DNA from: Nitrosotalea sp. | GTDB taxonomy: Archaea > Halobacteriota > Syntropharchaeia > Alkanophagales > Methanospirareceae | Reading direction: 5' to 3' | Assembly: GCA_020725315.1 (NCBI GenBank) | Contig: DYFG01000001.1 | Coordinates: forward strand, 17,015 to 81,014 | Length of the DNA: 64,000 nt | In this document: positions 9,554-18,989 of the stretch, piece after piece | Layout of the letters: each line of letters opens with the position of its first letter | How positions within the stretch are numbered: the first letter of the stretch is position 1 | The notes under the pieces: model-generated | Told to the model about the DNA's origin: nothing | Database searches by the model: none | What the model saw: only the letters and a program-made list of their open reading frames with translations | Translations under genes and position numbers: made by a program

Positions 9554-10422
9554 TAAATTCCTTGATACCGATCATGCCACGTAAAAGAATAGGTAGGGGA
9601 ACCAGAGGTAAAACCAAAGACAAATCGGTTTCGCCCATTATTAGCTTGTGGGGCAGGTCGGAAATTAACATTCATCAAACTAGAACTGGGTGTAATATAG
9701 CTGATTAATGAAATATTTGATTCTTTTAAATAGATTTCTTTCTCTGCACCGCTGAGAGACACAACCAGCGTTTCATAGCTGGGGACGGTATAAACAACAT
9801 AAACAAAGTAACCAGTATCTACATTGTAGATACTCACGTCAGTAAAGGGACCAAGTATTTCTATGTCTGGTCCAGTGTCCCACGTTCCTACATAATTAAT
9901 ATCAAAGACGTTACTAGGAGAACTGTCAGAGTTGGTAAGGACATGTTTATTAGGATCGAAAATGATAGGATCGTAAGCAGTAAATTCCATGTCTTCCTGA
10001 ATGGAAAATTCATCCCACGCATTGGGGTTGTCATAAACCATTCCGCGAGTAAAAAACCCTTTGACAGATCGATATTTTCTTTCTCCGTCTTCCAAATAGA
10101 TCAGTCGTAGCTCTCCCGGCTCTGGATAGTCATAATCGGTTCTGCTAACACGCGCAGCATCAATCAAATTGCGACGAATTGCCCAATACATATCACGACA
10201 CCCACCGTTGGTTCGTAGCGTGAATCGTATCTTACGTTCCTGCATACGGACATTCGTCACCGTGTTGCCGTGTTGGAAGGGGGAGTGGGTAGTCATAAAC
10301 TCCTGCTTTCCGGCTCCCCAACCCGTCATATCAAACACCATTGACCGACGCCCATTAACTAAATTAAGCGTTTCCCCGTCTGGTGTAATATATTGTAGCT
10401 TGAATGGAATGTTTAGTCCCAT
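9553..10422 (-). CDS. distal tail protein (Dit), siphovirus tail component
   Basis: 289-aa gene immediately downstream of, and overlapping, the tape measure gene. Position and size fit Dit. Confidence 0.5.
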   Translation of the reverse strand: MGLNIPFKLQYITPDGETLNLVNGRRSMVFDMTGWGAGKQEFMTTHSPFQHGNTVTNVRMQERKIRFTLRTNGGCRDMYWAIRRNLIDAARVSRTDYDYPEPGELRLIYLEDGERKYRSVKGFFTRGMVYDNPNAWDEFSIQEDMEFTAYDPIIFDPNKHVLTNSDSSPSNVFDINYVGTWDTGPDIEILGPFTDVSIYNVDTGYFVYVVYTVPSYETLVVSLSGAEKEIYLKESNISLISYITPSSSLMNVNFRPAPQANNGRNRFVFGFTSGSPTYSFTWHDRYQGI

Positions 10423-13400
10423 GTCACTAACCTACCCTTAATTGACCGCAAGGTTCTGTCAATAACATACGCTGCCTCGTCTTCTGTAGACATAGTGACA
10501 CCCGAAACCGTAGTGTTGAGGTTGGTAGTTGTCGTTGAAGTTGTCTGTGGTTGGGTATTAACTATTATCTGGTTCACTGGTGGAATAAGCGGCGAGCCAG
10601 TAAATGCACTTCCTATAGTTGAAGCCGCACTAGCAGTCCGTTGTGCTGCTGAAATCATAGCTGCCTGTTGTGCCTGTTGGTACGCTAGTTGTGCCTGCAT
10701 TTGTGAGTTTTGAACCGTCTGCATGTAACCTTGAATTTGGAAAACCTGCATCCTAATCATATTCATTACGGAAGTAATTTGGCTAGCAGCATTTATAAAT
10801 ATATTAACCATAGCAGAAACTACACTGTTTAGATTAGGTAAGAAGGTACTGATACCCTGAGCCAAGCCTGCAATTACATCGGCACCTATGTCTCTATACA
10901 CCAAAGAAGGAGAGCCAATACGAAGAGCATTTTTTGTGCCCGTAGTCAGATCATTACCTATTAATATGCCGTTTAGTTCTGCTATTTGTCTGGTTACTAA
11001 TATGCCAGTTTCCAGGCCCATAGCAAGCCCCTCAGAAATCTGGATACCATGATCTCTAAACTTCTGTAGAAGTGCCTTTCCTTGTGCGCGAGTAGGGGCA
11101 AGTCCCGCCATAAGAGCCTCTACTGCCTGTTCCCACTCGGCTAGATCACCCATCCCCCCGCTAGAGGTTATGGGGGGTAGGACAGTTTTACCAGAAAGAA
11201 GTTTATCTAGTTCTCCAACAGCCCGTTCCCAATCTCCCTCTTTAATAGCTTTAACAAAGGCAGGAGTTAAAGCATCCTGAATACCGTCTACTATAGCGGC
11301 AGCTATTTCTGAACCAATACGCCTAAACGTTGGTGCATTTTCAGTAATCCACCCCTCTAAGGAACGAAGCATCCCATCAAAATGAAACTTTAGCCCCTGC
11401 CAATCCCCGCTGCCTTCCCACAAATAAGAAAGTAGTTCCCCTATCTTAGAAAGTGCATCATTAAAGGCGTTTTTAATGGTGTTTTTAGTTTCCTCAGAAG
11501 ATAGATAGGTGGATATATTTTCTATAAGCGACTTTATAGCCCCCAAAATGCCTGGGAACTGTAGTGTTTCAGGCTCTACAGTAGAAATGGTTTCTTCTAT
11601 AGGGATCATTATTGATTCCCCAGGCCAAACATAATACCCCTCAAACAACTTGTTGTTTGCTGCTATAATTTTGTTTACACTTGTGTTATGCTTACGAGCA
11701 ATATCAAGAAGGTTATCGCCTTCTTTAGCGGTGTAAGATAGCATAGAGGTAACAGTTTTTTCTACTGGTCGCTGTATGGTTACTGCTTTTCCAAACAAAA
11801 TAGAATCAACTACAGAGGCAAAAGCGCCCCACAAAACTGTGGCAGCATCTATCAGTAAATCTTTACCAGTAGTTTTGAGCCAGCTACTTGTTTTTTCTAT
11901 GGCAGTAGATAGTGCGGGTTTTATTTTATCTTCCCACAGTAAAGTAGCTCCCGCCAGTAAGAAATCCCATACACCAGACAGTTTATTACCAAGCTCTGTT
12001 AGCAGACCCTCAATACCGCCCTCGTTATAAGCCTTTACTAAATCAGCAATAGCGCCAGTAATACGGCCTACCACATCCGCCACTAGAGTAAATCCACGAA
12101 TAGCGTATTCTAGTAGTGTGGCTACTATCTCCCCTAACTTCTCTCCGGCGCGTGAAATACCGCTGTCTGTTCCAGGTTCAAGAGTCTTGTAGAAATCATT
12201 AACATCCTCTTTTCCCTTACCAAAAACATTATCAAATAGCCTGCCTATCTCTGATAGTGTTTTTGAGATCGTAGGCACGAGGCTTTTCACAGCAGAAATA
12301 ATACCGTCAAACCCACTGGTCCACCCCTCAAAAAACCCCTCTAAGAACTCGGAGATTACGGTGACAAGAGATATAATCCGCTCTGATGTACTTCCAAAGG
12401 CGTTGTTAATTGATTCTCCACCAGAAACAACCTCTACTATTCGCCTTACTAGCGTCCCTACGGACTTAGCAATTTGAATAACCCAAAAGGTAGCAGTACC
12501 TAGTGCATAAGAGAATTTTCTTGCGTGTTCTTCACTTGCGCCTAACGCCTTAGCAATGCCCAAGATACCCGATTCCCTACCACTTCCAAGACTCCCACCA
12601 GAAGTTAAAAGGAGCAGGGCACGTTCTAATCCCTCGTTTCTAAGATCATCAACGAAAGTAGAGAAAGCAGTTTTCATGGAAGACAAAACGCCTTCCCAAT
12701 TTTTAATGGCTTGCGAGATTACTTTAGGAGCAAAGAGAAGGGTAAAGGCAACACCTATCCCCGCTAAAATAAGCGGTATTCTAGAAACTATACCTAACAA
12801 ACCGCTAAACAAGCCCTTTGCTAGTCCCGGCAGAAAAGATAGTATGATTTTAGGTAAACGAATTACTTCTTTAGCTACACCACCAAATACAGAAAATGCC
12901 GTTTGTCCTAAAACTTTAAAGAGTCCAGTAATAAAAGATACAGCAGGACCTAGTACAGTTTTTAATAGTGCAGAAATTAATCGTATTGGGGCAGGAAGGA
13001 AGTTGAATAGGAATTTTGCAGTATTTAATAACCCACCAAACGCCTTTCCTATTAAATTAGGTATAAACAACAAGCCTGCCTTGACAACTCTGGAAACTGT
13101 TGAAATTCCTTTCTGAATGGGGCCTAAAATCGTAGTCTCAAACAACAACTTAACTGTAGTAAAAGCGTCTTTTAAAGGATTAACAACCGCCCCGACGAGT
13201 CCACCAAACAGATTTTTAAACACACCGGAAATTCTTCCAAAAACGGAAGTTGTGCCCACGCTAAGTTTCTTAAGTTGCGGTGTTAATGAGGGAAGGGTAA
13301 GTGCCGTAGACATAACAGTACCCAAGATGCGGAACCCCCCCACAGAGTTTGCAACTAGCTGAATAAGAGAACCAAATACAATAAGTAACGGACCTATTGC

Positions 13401-14789
13401 AGCCACAGCTAAACTAATTCTGACAATCCAACGCTTTGTCGTTTCGTCTAGTGTATTGAAACTGGAAACTGCTCCATTAATAACTTTGATTACCTTCTGA
13501 ATGTCTGGTGCTACTGCATCAAAAATAGAAATACCAAGATCAATGAAAGCGTTTTTCAGAAGAATAAGTTGGGATTTGACAGTAGCAAAACGTTTTGCAG
13601 CCTCTTCCTCTAGAGCAATTTGTTCTACCCATTGTTCATTAGCCAAAGCTATGTTGTCTGTAAGAAGCGCCATGTTAGGGCCGAGAAGGTTGACAACTTC
13701 TCGCACCCGCACGCCAGACAGCCCAAGCGCAGTTAATACATCACCGCTGATCTTACCTTGATCCTGTAGATCAACCAGGACACTCAGGAAGTCTTTGATG
13801 GTTCCAATCGCATCTGCCCTAAACCGACTCTTAAAGGTGCTAATGTCAACATTAAGAATGTTGGCAAACATCTCAGCAGTTTCTTCGTTTGCACCAGAAG
13901 CCGCTTCAAGCATTTCATAGATGACACGCGAGACAGCCGTACCACCACGTTCCGCCCGAACACCCAACTCAGCAAGAGTCGCACTTAGTCCTAGAATTTC
14001 TGGTGTGGTCAGTCCTACCAACCGTCCCGCTGCTGCCATACGCATAGCTAAATTTACGATTTCTGGTTCGGTAGCTGCTGCGTTGTTACCTAGCGCAACA
14101 ATTGCCGCGCCTGCCTGTCTTGCAAACGTATCGAGGTCCTGAGTAGCAACGCCCATAATATTACCAATACGGGCTAGAGCAAATGCAGCTTCCTCAGCAG
14201 CGAGATCAGTAGAAACAGTCAATAAAGCTACTGTGCGAGTAAAATCTTTTAGCTCTTCTGCTCCAACTCCCAACTGCCCCGCTACCTGACCAATACGAGA
14301 AAGTTCATTAACTGAAATAGGAATCTCTAAGGATAATTGGCGAAACCCGTTTCTTAGTTCTTCACCTATGTCAGTAAGCTTGCCTAGCTGTCCACTGGTA
14401 AAGACTGCATCCTTCTGTATCTGACTAAGCCCTTTAGAAGTGCCATACATTTCTTCAGCAACTTCTTTAAAGCCCGTAGTGACACCCTCTACCGTCTTAC
14501 CTACGCCAGCAAAGGCATCCTCAAAGGAAATGCCCGCCCCTATTAGCGCAGTATTAAGGACTGTCAGGGGGATGGTAAGGGAGAAAGACAAATTACGTCC
14601 AAGCGTAGAAACACTGGCGCCAAGACGTGCCAGCTTACGATCAAAGGCTTCCGCCGCAATTGCTGAAGCGCCAAGCGACTTGTTAACCTGATCAAAAGCA
14701 TGTTGAGCATCATACGCAGCTTTTCGGGCGGCATTAACCCCCAAAACAACTACGCGAATACCAATTTGTCCTTCTCCGCCACCCTGCAT
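10413..14789 (-). CDS. tail tape measure protein with an internal LysM domain
   Basis: 1458-aa protein with long low-complexity helical repeats typical of tape measure proteins. LysM motif YTAKEGDNLLDIARKHNTSVNKIIAANNKL. Its size implies a long non-contractile tail. Confidence 0.85.
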   Translation of the reverse strand: MQGGGEGQIGIRVVVLGVNAARKAAYDAQHAFDQVNKSLGASAIAAEAFDRKLARLGASVSTLGRNLSFSLTIPLTVLNTALIGAGISFEDAFAGVGKTVEGVTTGFKEVAEEMYGTSKGLSQIQKDAVFTSGQLGKLTDIGEELRNGFRQLSLEIPISVNELSRIGQVAGQLGVGAEELKDFTRTVALLTVSTDLAAEEAAFALARIGNIMGVATQDLDTFARQAGAAIVALGNNAAATEPEIVNLAMRMAAAGRLVGLTTPEILGLSATLAELGVRAERGGTAVSRVIYEMLEAASGANEETAEMFANILNVDISTFKSRFRADAIGTIKDFLSVLVDLQDQGKISGDVLTALGLSGVRVREVVNLLGPNMALLTDNIALANEQWVEQIALEEEAAKRFATVKSQLILLKNAFIDLGISIFDAVAPDIQKVIKVINGAVSSFNTLDETTKRWIVRISLAVAAIGPLLIVFGSLIQLVANSVGGFRILGTVMSTALTLPSLTPQLKKLSVGTTSVFGRISGVFKNLFGGLVGAVVNPLKDAFTTVKLLFETTILGPIQKGISTVSRVVKAGLLFIPNLIGKAFGGLLNTAKFLFNFLPAPIRLISALLKTVLGPAVSFITGLFKVLGQTAFSVFGGVAKEVIRLPKIILSFLPGLAKGLFSGLLGIVSRIPLILAGIGVAFTLLFAPKVISQAIKNWEGVLSSMKTAFSTFVDDLRNEGLERALLLLTSGGSLGSGRESGILGIAKALGASEEHARKFSYALGTATFWVIQIAKSVGTLVRRIVEVVSGGESINNAFGSTSERIISLVTVISEFLEGFFEGWTSGFDGIISAVKSLVPTISKTLSEIGRLFDNVFGKGKEDVNDFYKTLEPGTDSGISRAGEKLGEIVATLLEYAIRGFTLVADVVGRITGAIADLVKAYNEGGIEGLLTELGNKLSGVWDFLLAGATLLWEDKIKPALSTAIEKTSSWLKTTGKDLLIDAATVLWGAFASVVDSILFGKAVTIQRPVEKTVTSMLSYTAKEGDNLLDIARKHNTSVNKIIAANNKLFEGYYVWPGESIMIPIEETISTVEPETLQFPGILGAIKSLIENISTYLSSEETKNTIKNAFNDALSKIGELLSYLWEGSGDWQGLKFHFDGMLRSLEGWITENAPTFRRIGSEIAAAIVDGIQDALTPAFVKAIKEGDWERAVGELDKLLSGKTVLPPITSSGGMGDLAEWEQAVEALMAGLAPTRAQGKALLQKFRDHGIQISEGLAMGLETGILVTRQIAELNGILIGNDLTTGTKNALRIGSPSLVYRDIGADVIAGLAQGISTFLPNLNSVVSAMVNIFINAASQITSVMNMIRMQVFQIQGYMQTVQNSQMQAQLAYQQAQQAAMISAAQRTASAASTIGSAFTGSPLIPPVNQIIVNTQPQTTSTTTTNLNTTVSGVTMSTEDEAAYVIDRTLRSIKGRLVTWD

Positions 14790-15056
14790 CGTTATCTCTT
14801 CTTTTTCATTGCTCTATTTTGATAAGTAATTTCTTCATCCTTTTGGATGTTTTCTTTCATTATACTACTTAAGTAATGCCCAATTAAAAAGGCTTGTTGC
14901 TCCGGCGTTAATTCTTGCCAGTCATGGAAGTACCTGTAGTTTGCTGCATGACAAGCATCTACTTCTGTTATGAGAGGAATTAGGCCGGGGAGACTGTTTA
15001 TGGAGATAGTAGAACGAATTGCGTTTTTAATTCGGGCTTTGTATAATGGCTGATCA

Positions 15057-15638
15057 TTAACTCTTATTTGGAAAGTTTTCTATGGCCTGAGCCACCAACT
15101 CCTCTGAAGAACCCATAGTTGAACTACTAATTTTCTGAGTAACTAGGCTTACATCTTCTTCCGTAACCATAGCTACGTAACGCACCCACGCCAGATACCG
15201 CGCAAGTTTGCTCTCTCGATTAACTTCAATCCCTACAAAATCCAGTTCTTCAAGCCAAGCATCGCTCTCAAGCGGATGAACTGTATCAGGAACCTCTACG
15301 GGTTCCGTACCAAACACAATAAGCGCGTCCAAAACTGCCATGCCAACCTCGGTATTATGGCGTTCAACTGCCGCCAAATACTCAGGGTGGTTGGGATTCA
15401 AAATTGTCTCTTCCCTGTCAGGATCATAAAAAGCATAATCCTCAAGTTTGGGCGGTTTAATTTTGTTGGCTACTGCTTGGATACGGAGAACAGAGACTTT
15501 CTTTGTTCGAAGAACTACTCCACTAGACAGCCGAATGTGGTTGTCGGGAAGCCGATGTACAGCTTCCCGTTCCACTTCTGCGACTGCCTCTTGGATCGTT
15601 GGACTAGCAAACGAAGGTTGACCAAGATTGTCGCTCAT
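15057..15638 (-). CDS. putative tail assembly chaperone
   Basis: 193-aa ORF between the putative major tail gene and the tape measure gene. The call rests on synteny only. Confidence 0.3.
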   Translation of the reverse strand: MSDNLGQPSFASPTIQEAVAEVEREAVHRLPDNHIRLSSGVVLRTKKVSVLRIQAVANKIKPPKLEDYAFYDPDREETILNPNHPEYLAAVERHNTEVGMAVLDALIVFGTEPVEVPDTVHPLESDAWLEELDFVGIEVNRESKLARYLAWVRYVAMVTEEDVSLVTQKISSSTMGSSEELVAQAIENFPNKS

Positions 15639-15652
15639 TACTTTTCCTTTAA

Positions 15653-17149
15653 CTATTGACCTTTGATAATAATCCCGTCCGACGCATCGTCGGCAAGACC
15701 GCCCGCGTAAATCTTATTCGGATCATTAGGACAGAACGTAAAGTCGTTGATACGATCCGCCGCAGGCAGAATACCAACTGTAGCGCGAGGATCAAGAGTC
15801 CAGCTATACCCACCATTAATCGTGCGGTAAAGACGCGCAGCAGGCGCAGCCGTAGCAGCAGCGATAAACCCAACAGTCTCATTCGACCACCCGATCTTCT
15901 GGATCGACGCCGGGGAACCTTTTAGACCCTTTTCAGTCCAGTGTTCGCCGCGATCTGTCGTCACATACACTTTGCCGTTAGCCGTACCAACCCACCACTC
16001 CTTCTCACCGCGCATCGCCACGGCGGTTAGATTAACACCGGGTGCCGGACCAGTCACCGCTGAAAAGGTACTACCATCGATGGTATACACTACAGCATTA
16101 TTGTCGCCAACAGCGACAATATTATCTGTATCATACGCATCAACATCATGCAAATCTTCAGCCGTTGCGCTACCGGCGTCCATAACTTCTACGCCATCAG
16201 CCGGGGAAGCAGAGAAATACACATACCCACCATCCCCAACAATCCACGTATCAAGCGGCGAAACGCTGACAATCGCGTTTGGCTCTCCACCAATCACAAA
16301 CCCCGCAGTGACTTCTGTCCAGGGATCAATTTCCCCATCCAAGATGTCATCCAACGTAGCATAGTGCAGAGAGTTTGTTTCGTTACTGATTACAACATAA
16401 CTATCCGACACAACCGCGCCATCAGACACATTATCAGCCAACGTCAACGTGTTAATAGGTGACTCAACGACTGTAGAAAACCCATCATTGGTAGCAATTA
16501 CTTCAGCCAAAACACCGGGGCTAGAACCAGGAGCATTAGCAAGCGCGAAAATTTTGCTACATCCATCGCTAGGATCAGCACAATCACCACAACCTGCCTC
16601 GTCACCATTACTAATAGCCACGATCTCTTGACCGACAAATCCCGCCGCAACTTCTGAATACCGCATTGGGATGATTTCGTACATAGTACGGGCGCTGATT
16701 TCTACTTCTTCATCAATGCCCGCCTGATCGTCGCCCGACATTGCTCCAATGTCAGTTGTACCATAGGAGCTAATCAGAGCATTTTCAAAAACCTGAACCT
16801 TTTCGTACCCCAAGTCAAAGTCGCGCGGATCAGTACACGCGCCAAGATGGATTTGAACATCAAAGGCGCAACGTAGCTTCGCCAGCTTAAGAACTTCCGA
16901 AAGATCATAAGTCAACCGGAAGGTAAGCGGCAAAGTCACACGATCCGCCGCCCCCTGAAATTCGGAAGCGGTAAGCCACGAATTATATCTGGTAGGATCA
17001 GGAACCTCGATACTAGTCACATCTCCCTGACCATAATCAAGAGAGCCAGCAACCGCAAACCCATGAAACATAGGCGCGTGATCGTGTCTGGCTCGAAATT
17101 GGATCGTGAAGATACGACTACTACCAGACTTTACAATTGTATCAGCCAT
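15653..17149 (-). CDS. putative major tail protein with C-terminal BNR/Asp-box beta-propeller-like repeats
   Basis: 498-aa gene in the syntenic position upstream of chaperone and tape measure. C-terminal motifs TTDRGEHWTE and TINGGYSWTL. Confidence 0.4.
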   Translation of the reverse strand: MADTIVKSGSSRIFTIQFRARHDHAPMFHGFAVAGSLDYGQGDVTSIEVPDPTRYNSWLTASEFQGAADRVTLPLTFRLTYDLSEVLKLAKLRCAFDVQIHLGACTDPRDFDLGYEKVQVFENALISSYGTTDIGAMSGDDQAGIDEEVEISARTMYEIIPMRYSEVAAGFVGQEIVAISNGDEAGCGDCADPSDGCSKIFALANAPGSSPGVLAEVIATNDGFSTVVESPINTLTLADNVSDGAVVSDSYVVISNETNSLHYATLDDILDGEIDPWTEVTAGFVIGGEPNAIVSVSPLDTWIVGDGGYVYFSASPADGVEVMDAGSATAEDLHDVDAYDTDNIVAVGDNNAVVYTIDGSTFSAVTGPAPGVNLTAVAMRGEKEWWVGTANGKVYVTTDRGEHWTEKGLKGSPASIQKIGWSNETVGFIAAATAAPAARLYRTINGGYSWTLDPRATVGILPAADRINDFTFCPNDPNKIYAGGLADDASDGIIIKGQ

Positions 17150-17457
17150 TACCTATCTCCGTAGTAAGCCTGTTGGAACACACCAATAATTTGAAATATA
17201 GAAAGCTTGAGTCCCAACGACTTGAGTAACTGCATTAACTCTTTTCGTCTCCCTAGTAGGGCAGGAGCATTGTACATCCCCTTCTCTACCAGCCCGTTAT
17301 GTAGCCTTTTGGTGTCTTCTTGTGACAGCCCCAAAACTGACAAATCGGGTGGTCCAGCTACAGGATATGCTAGTGGGCTTTGTCCTTCCTTTAGACTGTC
17401 AGGAACAATAGCAACCCACATAAATCCTTCGTTATCAGTATATATCATGTGCTTCAT
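17149..17457 (-). CDS. hypothetical head-tail connector or tail completion protein
   Basis: 102-aa ORF. Its stop overlaps the next gene's start. Synteny only. Confidence 0.3.
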   Translation of the reverse strand: MKHMIYTDNEGFMWVAIVPDSLKEGQSPLAYPVAGPPDLSVLGLSQEDTKRLHNGLVEKGMYNAPALLGRRKELMQLLKSLGLKLSIFQIIGVFQQAYYGDR

Positions 17458-17469
17458 TAAGAAAAACTC

Positions 17470-18699
17470 CTAAGAAGTAAGTGGTGGTATAACTCTCCGC
17501 ACCCCATCAGCATGAACCTGCGAGTAAAGATGGATAGCGGCGGTTGTTGTTCCAAACGGATTATGAAGAAGGGCATAAGGAAGCGTATAACTTCCGTCTC
17601 TTGTATTACGAGAACGGTCCTCAATCTGTTTCTTCCATATATTATGTGTGTTGGAACAGCCACAAATTTCTGTATCTAAGAAAGTCAAAGCGTAATAAAC
17701 AATTGCCCGTTCCCATTCGGGACTCATCTGGCGGGTGGGCATGGGGAGATCATTATTTACCAGCCCTGCCCTATAGTTGATTGTTGTACGAACTGGCCTA
17801 CCTGCAATGGTACAGCCTAGATTAGTATAGGTTCCTGTCTTTTCATCCCACGTCCCTGTTTGATAGGTTAACAATCCTAGACGACTATCTTTTATAGTCA
17901 TACAACCTGTTTGAGTAGACTCAGTACAAGGCCCATCACAAGGAACAGGAGTATAGTAAAAGGTTACTTGCTGAGAGGGATCAGTCCATACACGATAAAC
18001 ATCTACTGAAACCTCATAGTTGCCCGGATCATCCCCATTAATGACTAGCGGCTCCCCGCGCACATCTACCATACGAGATACAAGCGTTCTGAGCGGGACT
18101 AGGTAACGTGGAAATTCAATCGTTGCAATCCCCTCTGTAATCTCAATACTTTTAACAGGACGAATCTCTGAAGTATCTGCCCCGTTGGTGCCTGTGAAAT
18201 AGATATAGAGTTCTTCCGGATCTGTTACGTCTGTTGCAACGGAAACTTGTGCTATTTCTTCAAACCCATCCCCATCGTAGTCAACAAAGGCGATTGGTAC
18301 ATCTTCTTGAACAAGTGTCTTTGTCTTTTTACCAGGGGCATACACATAACCATATCCCGATAAAAGAGACTTTGGTTTGCCTAGTGCATTATAGAGCGAA
18401 GTAGTCTCCGGTCGATAGTGCGTAGGCAAATGGACTTCTTCTTCAGTAACCCAATCAAGCACAGGAAACCAATTAAGCTGTCGGATTGTAACCTGCTCTG
18501 CCTGCCGCAAGGCATTGGCTAGACTTTCCCTTGACACCTTTCCGGCGTTTTGATAGTCATACTGAAACCATATATCATCACATGACTCATAGGCAGGTCG
18601 ATGGCTGGTGACGATACCGTTGAAATGGTATGGATCGATACCCAGGTGGTATGCCACCCGATCCAGCGGAATGAGTGTTCTTGTGTCTGCCCAAGCCAT
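17470..18699 (-). CDS. hypothetical structural protein (start probably the internal ATG, MAWADTRT, overlapping the upstream stop)
   Basis: Listed as 17470..18816. Using the internal Met gives a typical ATGA-type overlap with the upstream gene. No motifs. Confidence 0.35.
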   Translation of the reverse strand: MAWADTRTLIPLDRVAYHLGIDPYHFNGIVTSHRPAYESCDDIWFQYDYQNAGKVSRESLANALRQAEQVTIRQLNWFPVLDWVTEEEVHLPTHYRPETTSLYNALGKPKSLLSGYGYVYAPGKKTKTLVQEDVPIAFVDYDGDGFEEIAQVSVATDVTDPEELYIYFTGTNGADTSEIRPVKSIEITEGIATIEFPRYLVPLRTLVSRMVDVRGEPLVINGDDPGNYEVSVDVYRVWTDPSQQVTFYYTPVPCDGPCTESTQTGCMTIKDSRLGLLTYQTGTWDEKTGTYTNLGCTIAGRPVRTTINYRAGLVNNDLPMPTRQMSPEWERAIVYYALTFLDTEICGCSNTHNIWKKQIEDRSRNTRDGSYTLPYALLHNPFGTTTAAIHLYSQVHADGVRRVIPPLTS

Positions 18700-18989
18700 T
18701 AGACTAATCTTTCTATTAAAATAGCTACCGTACTTGCTGCTAGTATATATAAAACAGGTGGGAAAATGAAATAGGTAAGCGTACAAAGAAGAGCAACCCA
18801 CACGCTTAGGCACCAAAAACAGGAAAACAGTTCTCCTACAAAGTTGTCAGGATATTCTGTTACCTCTAACGTACTATCCCACTTCCCACCTGCCAGCCGC
18901 CTAACAAAACGGGCAATACCCTCTCGATGAATAATACTTGTTAGACGCCACGTAGCTAATGCTACTATCAAAGCATCTAACGATTCCAT
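18699..18989 (-). CDS. small membrane protein with CxxC (FSCFWCLSVW)
   Basis: 96 aa, one or two hydrophobic segments, CFWC motif. Confidence 0.35.
   Translation of the reverse strand: MESLDALIVALATWRLTSIIHREGIARFVRRLAGGKWDSTLEVTEYPDNFVGELFSCFWCLSVWVALLCTLTYFIFPPVLYILAASTVAILIERLV

Noticed and set aside
10495-14691. Multiple + strand ORFs of 60-186 aa antisense to the tape measure gene (for example 12556-13116 and 13501-13761).
   Set aside because: They lie entirely inside a long, well-supported minus-strand gene and have low-complexity composition mirroring the tape measure repeats. Treated as spurious antisense ORFs.
14790-15638. Looked for a -1 programmed frameshift producing a G/GT-type tail chaperone pair upstream of the tape measure gene.
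   Set aside because: No convincing slippery heptamer or overlapping extended frame was seen at the 3' end of ORF 15057-15638. Only a 22-codon ORF precedes the tape measure start. The chaperone call stays synteny-based only.
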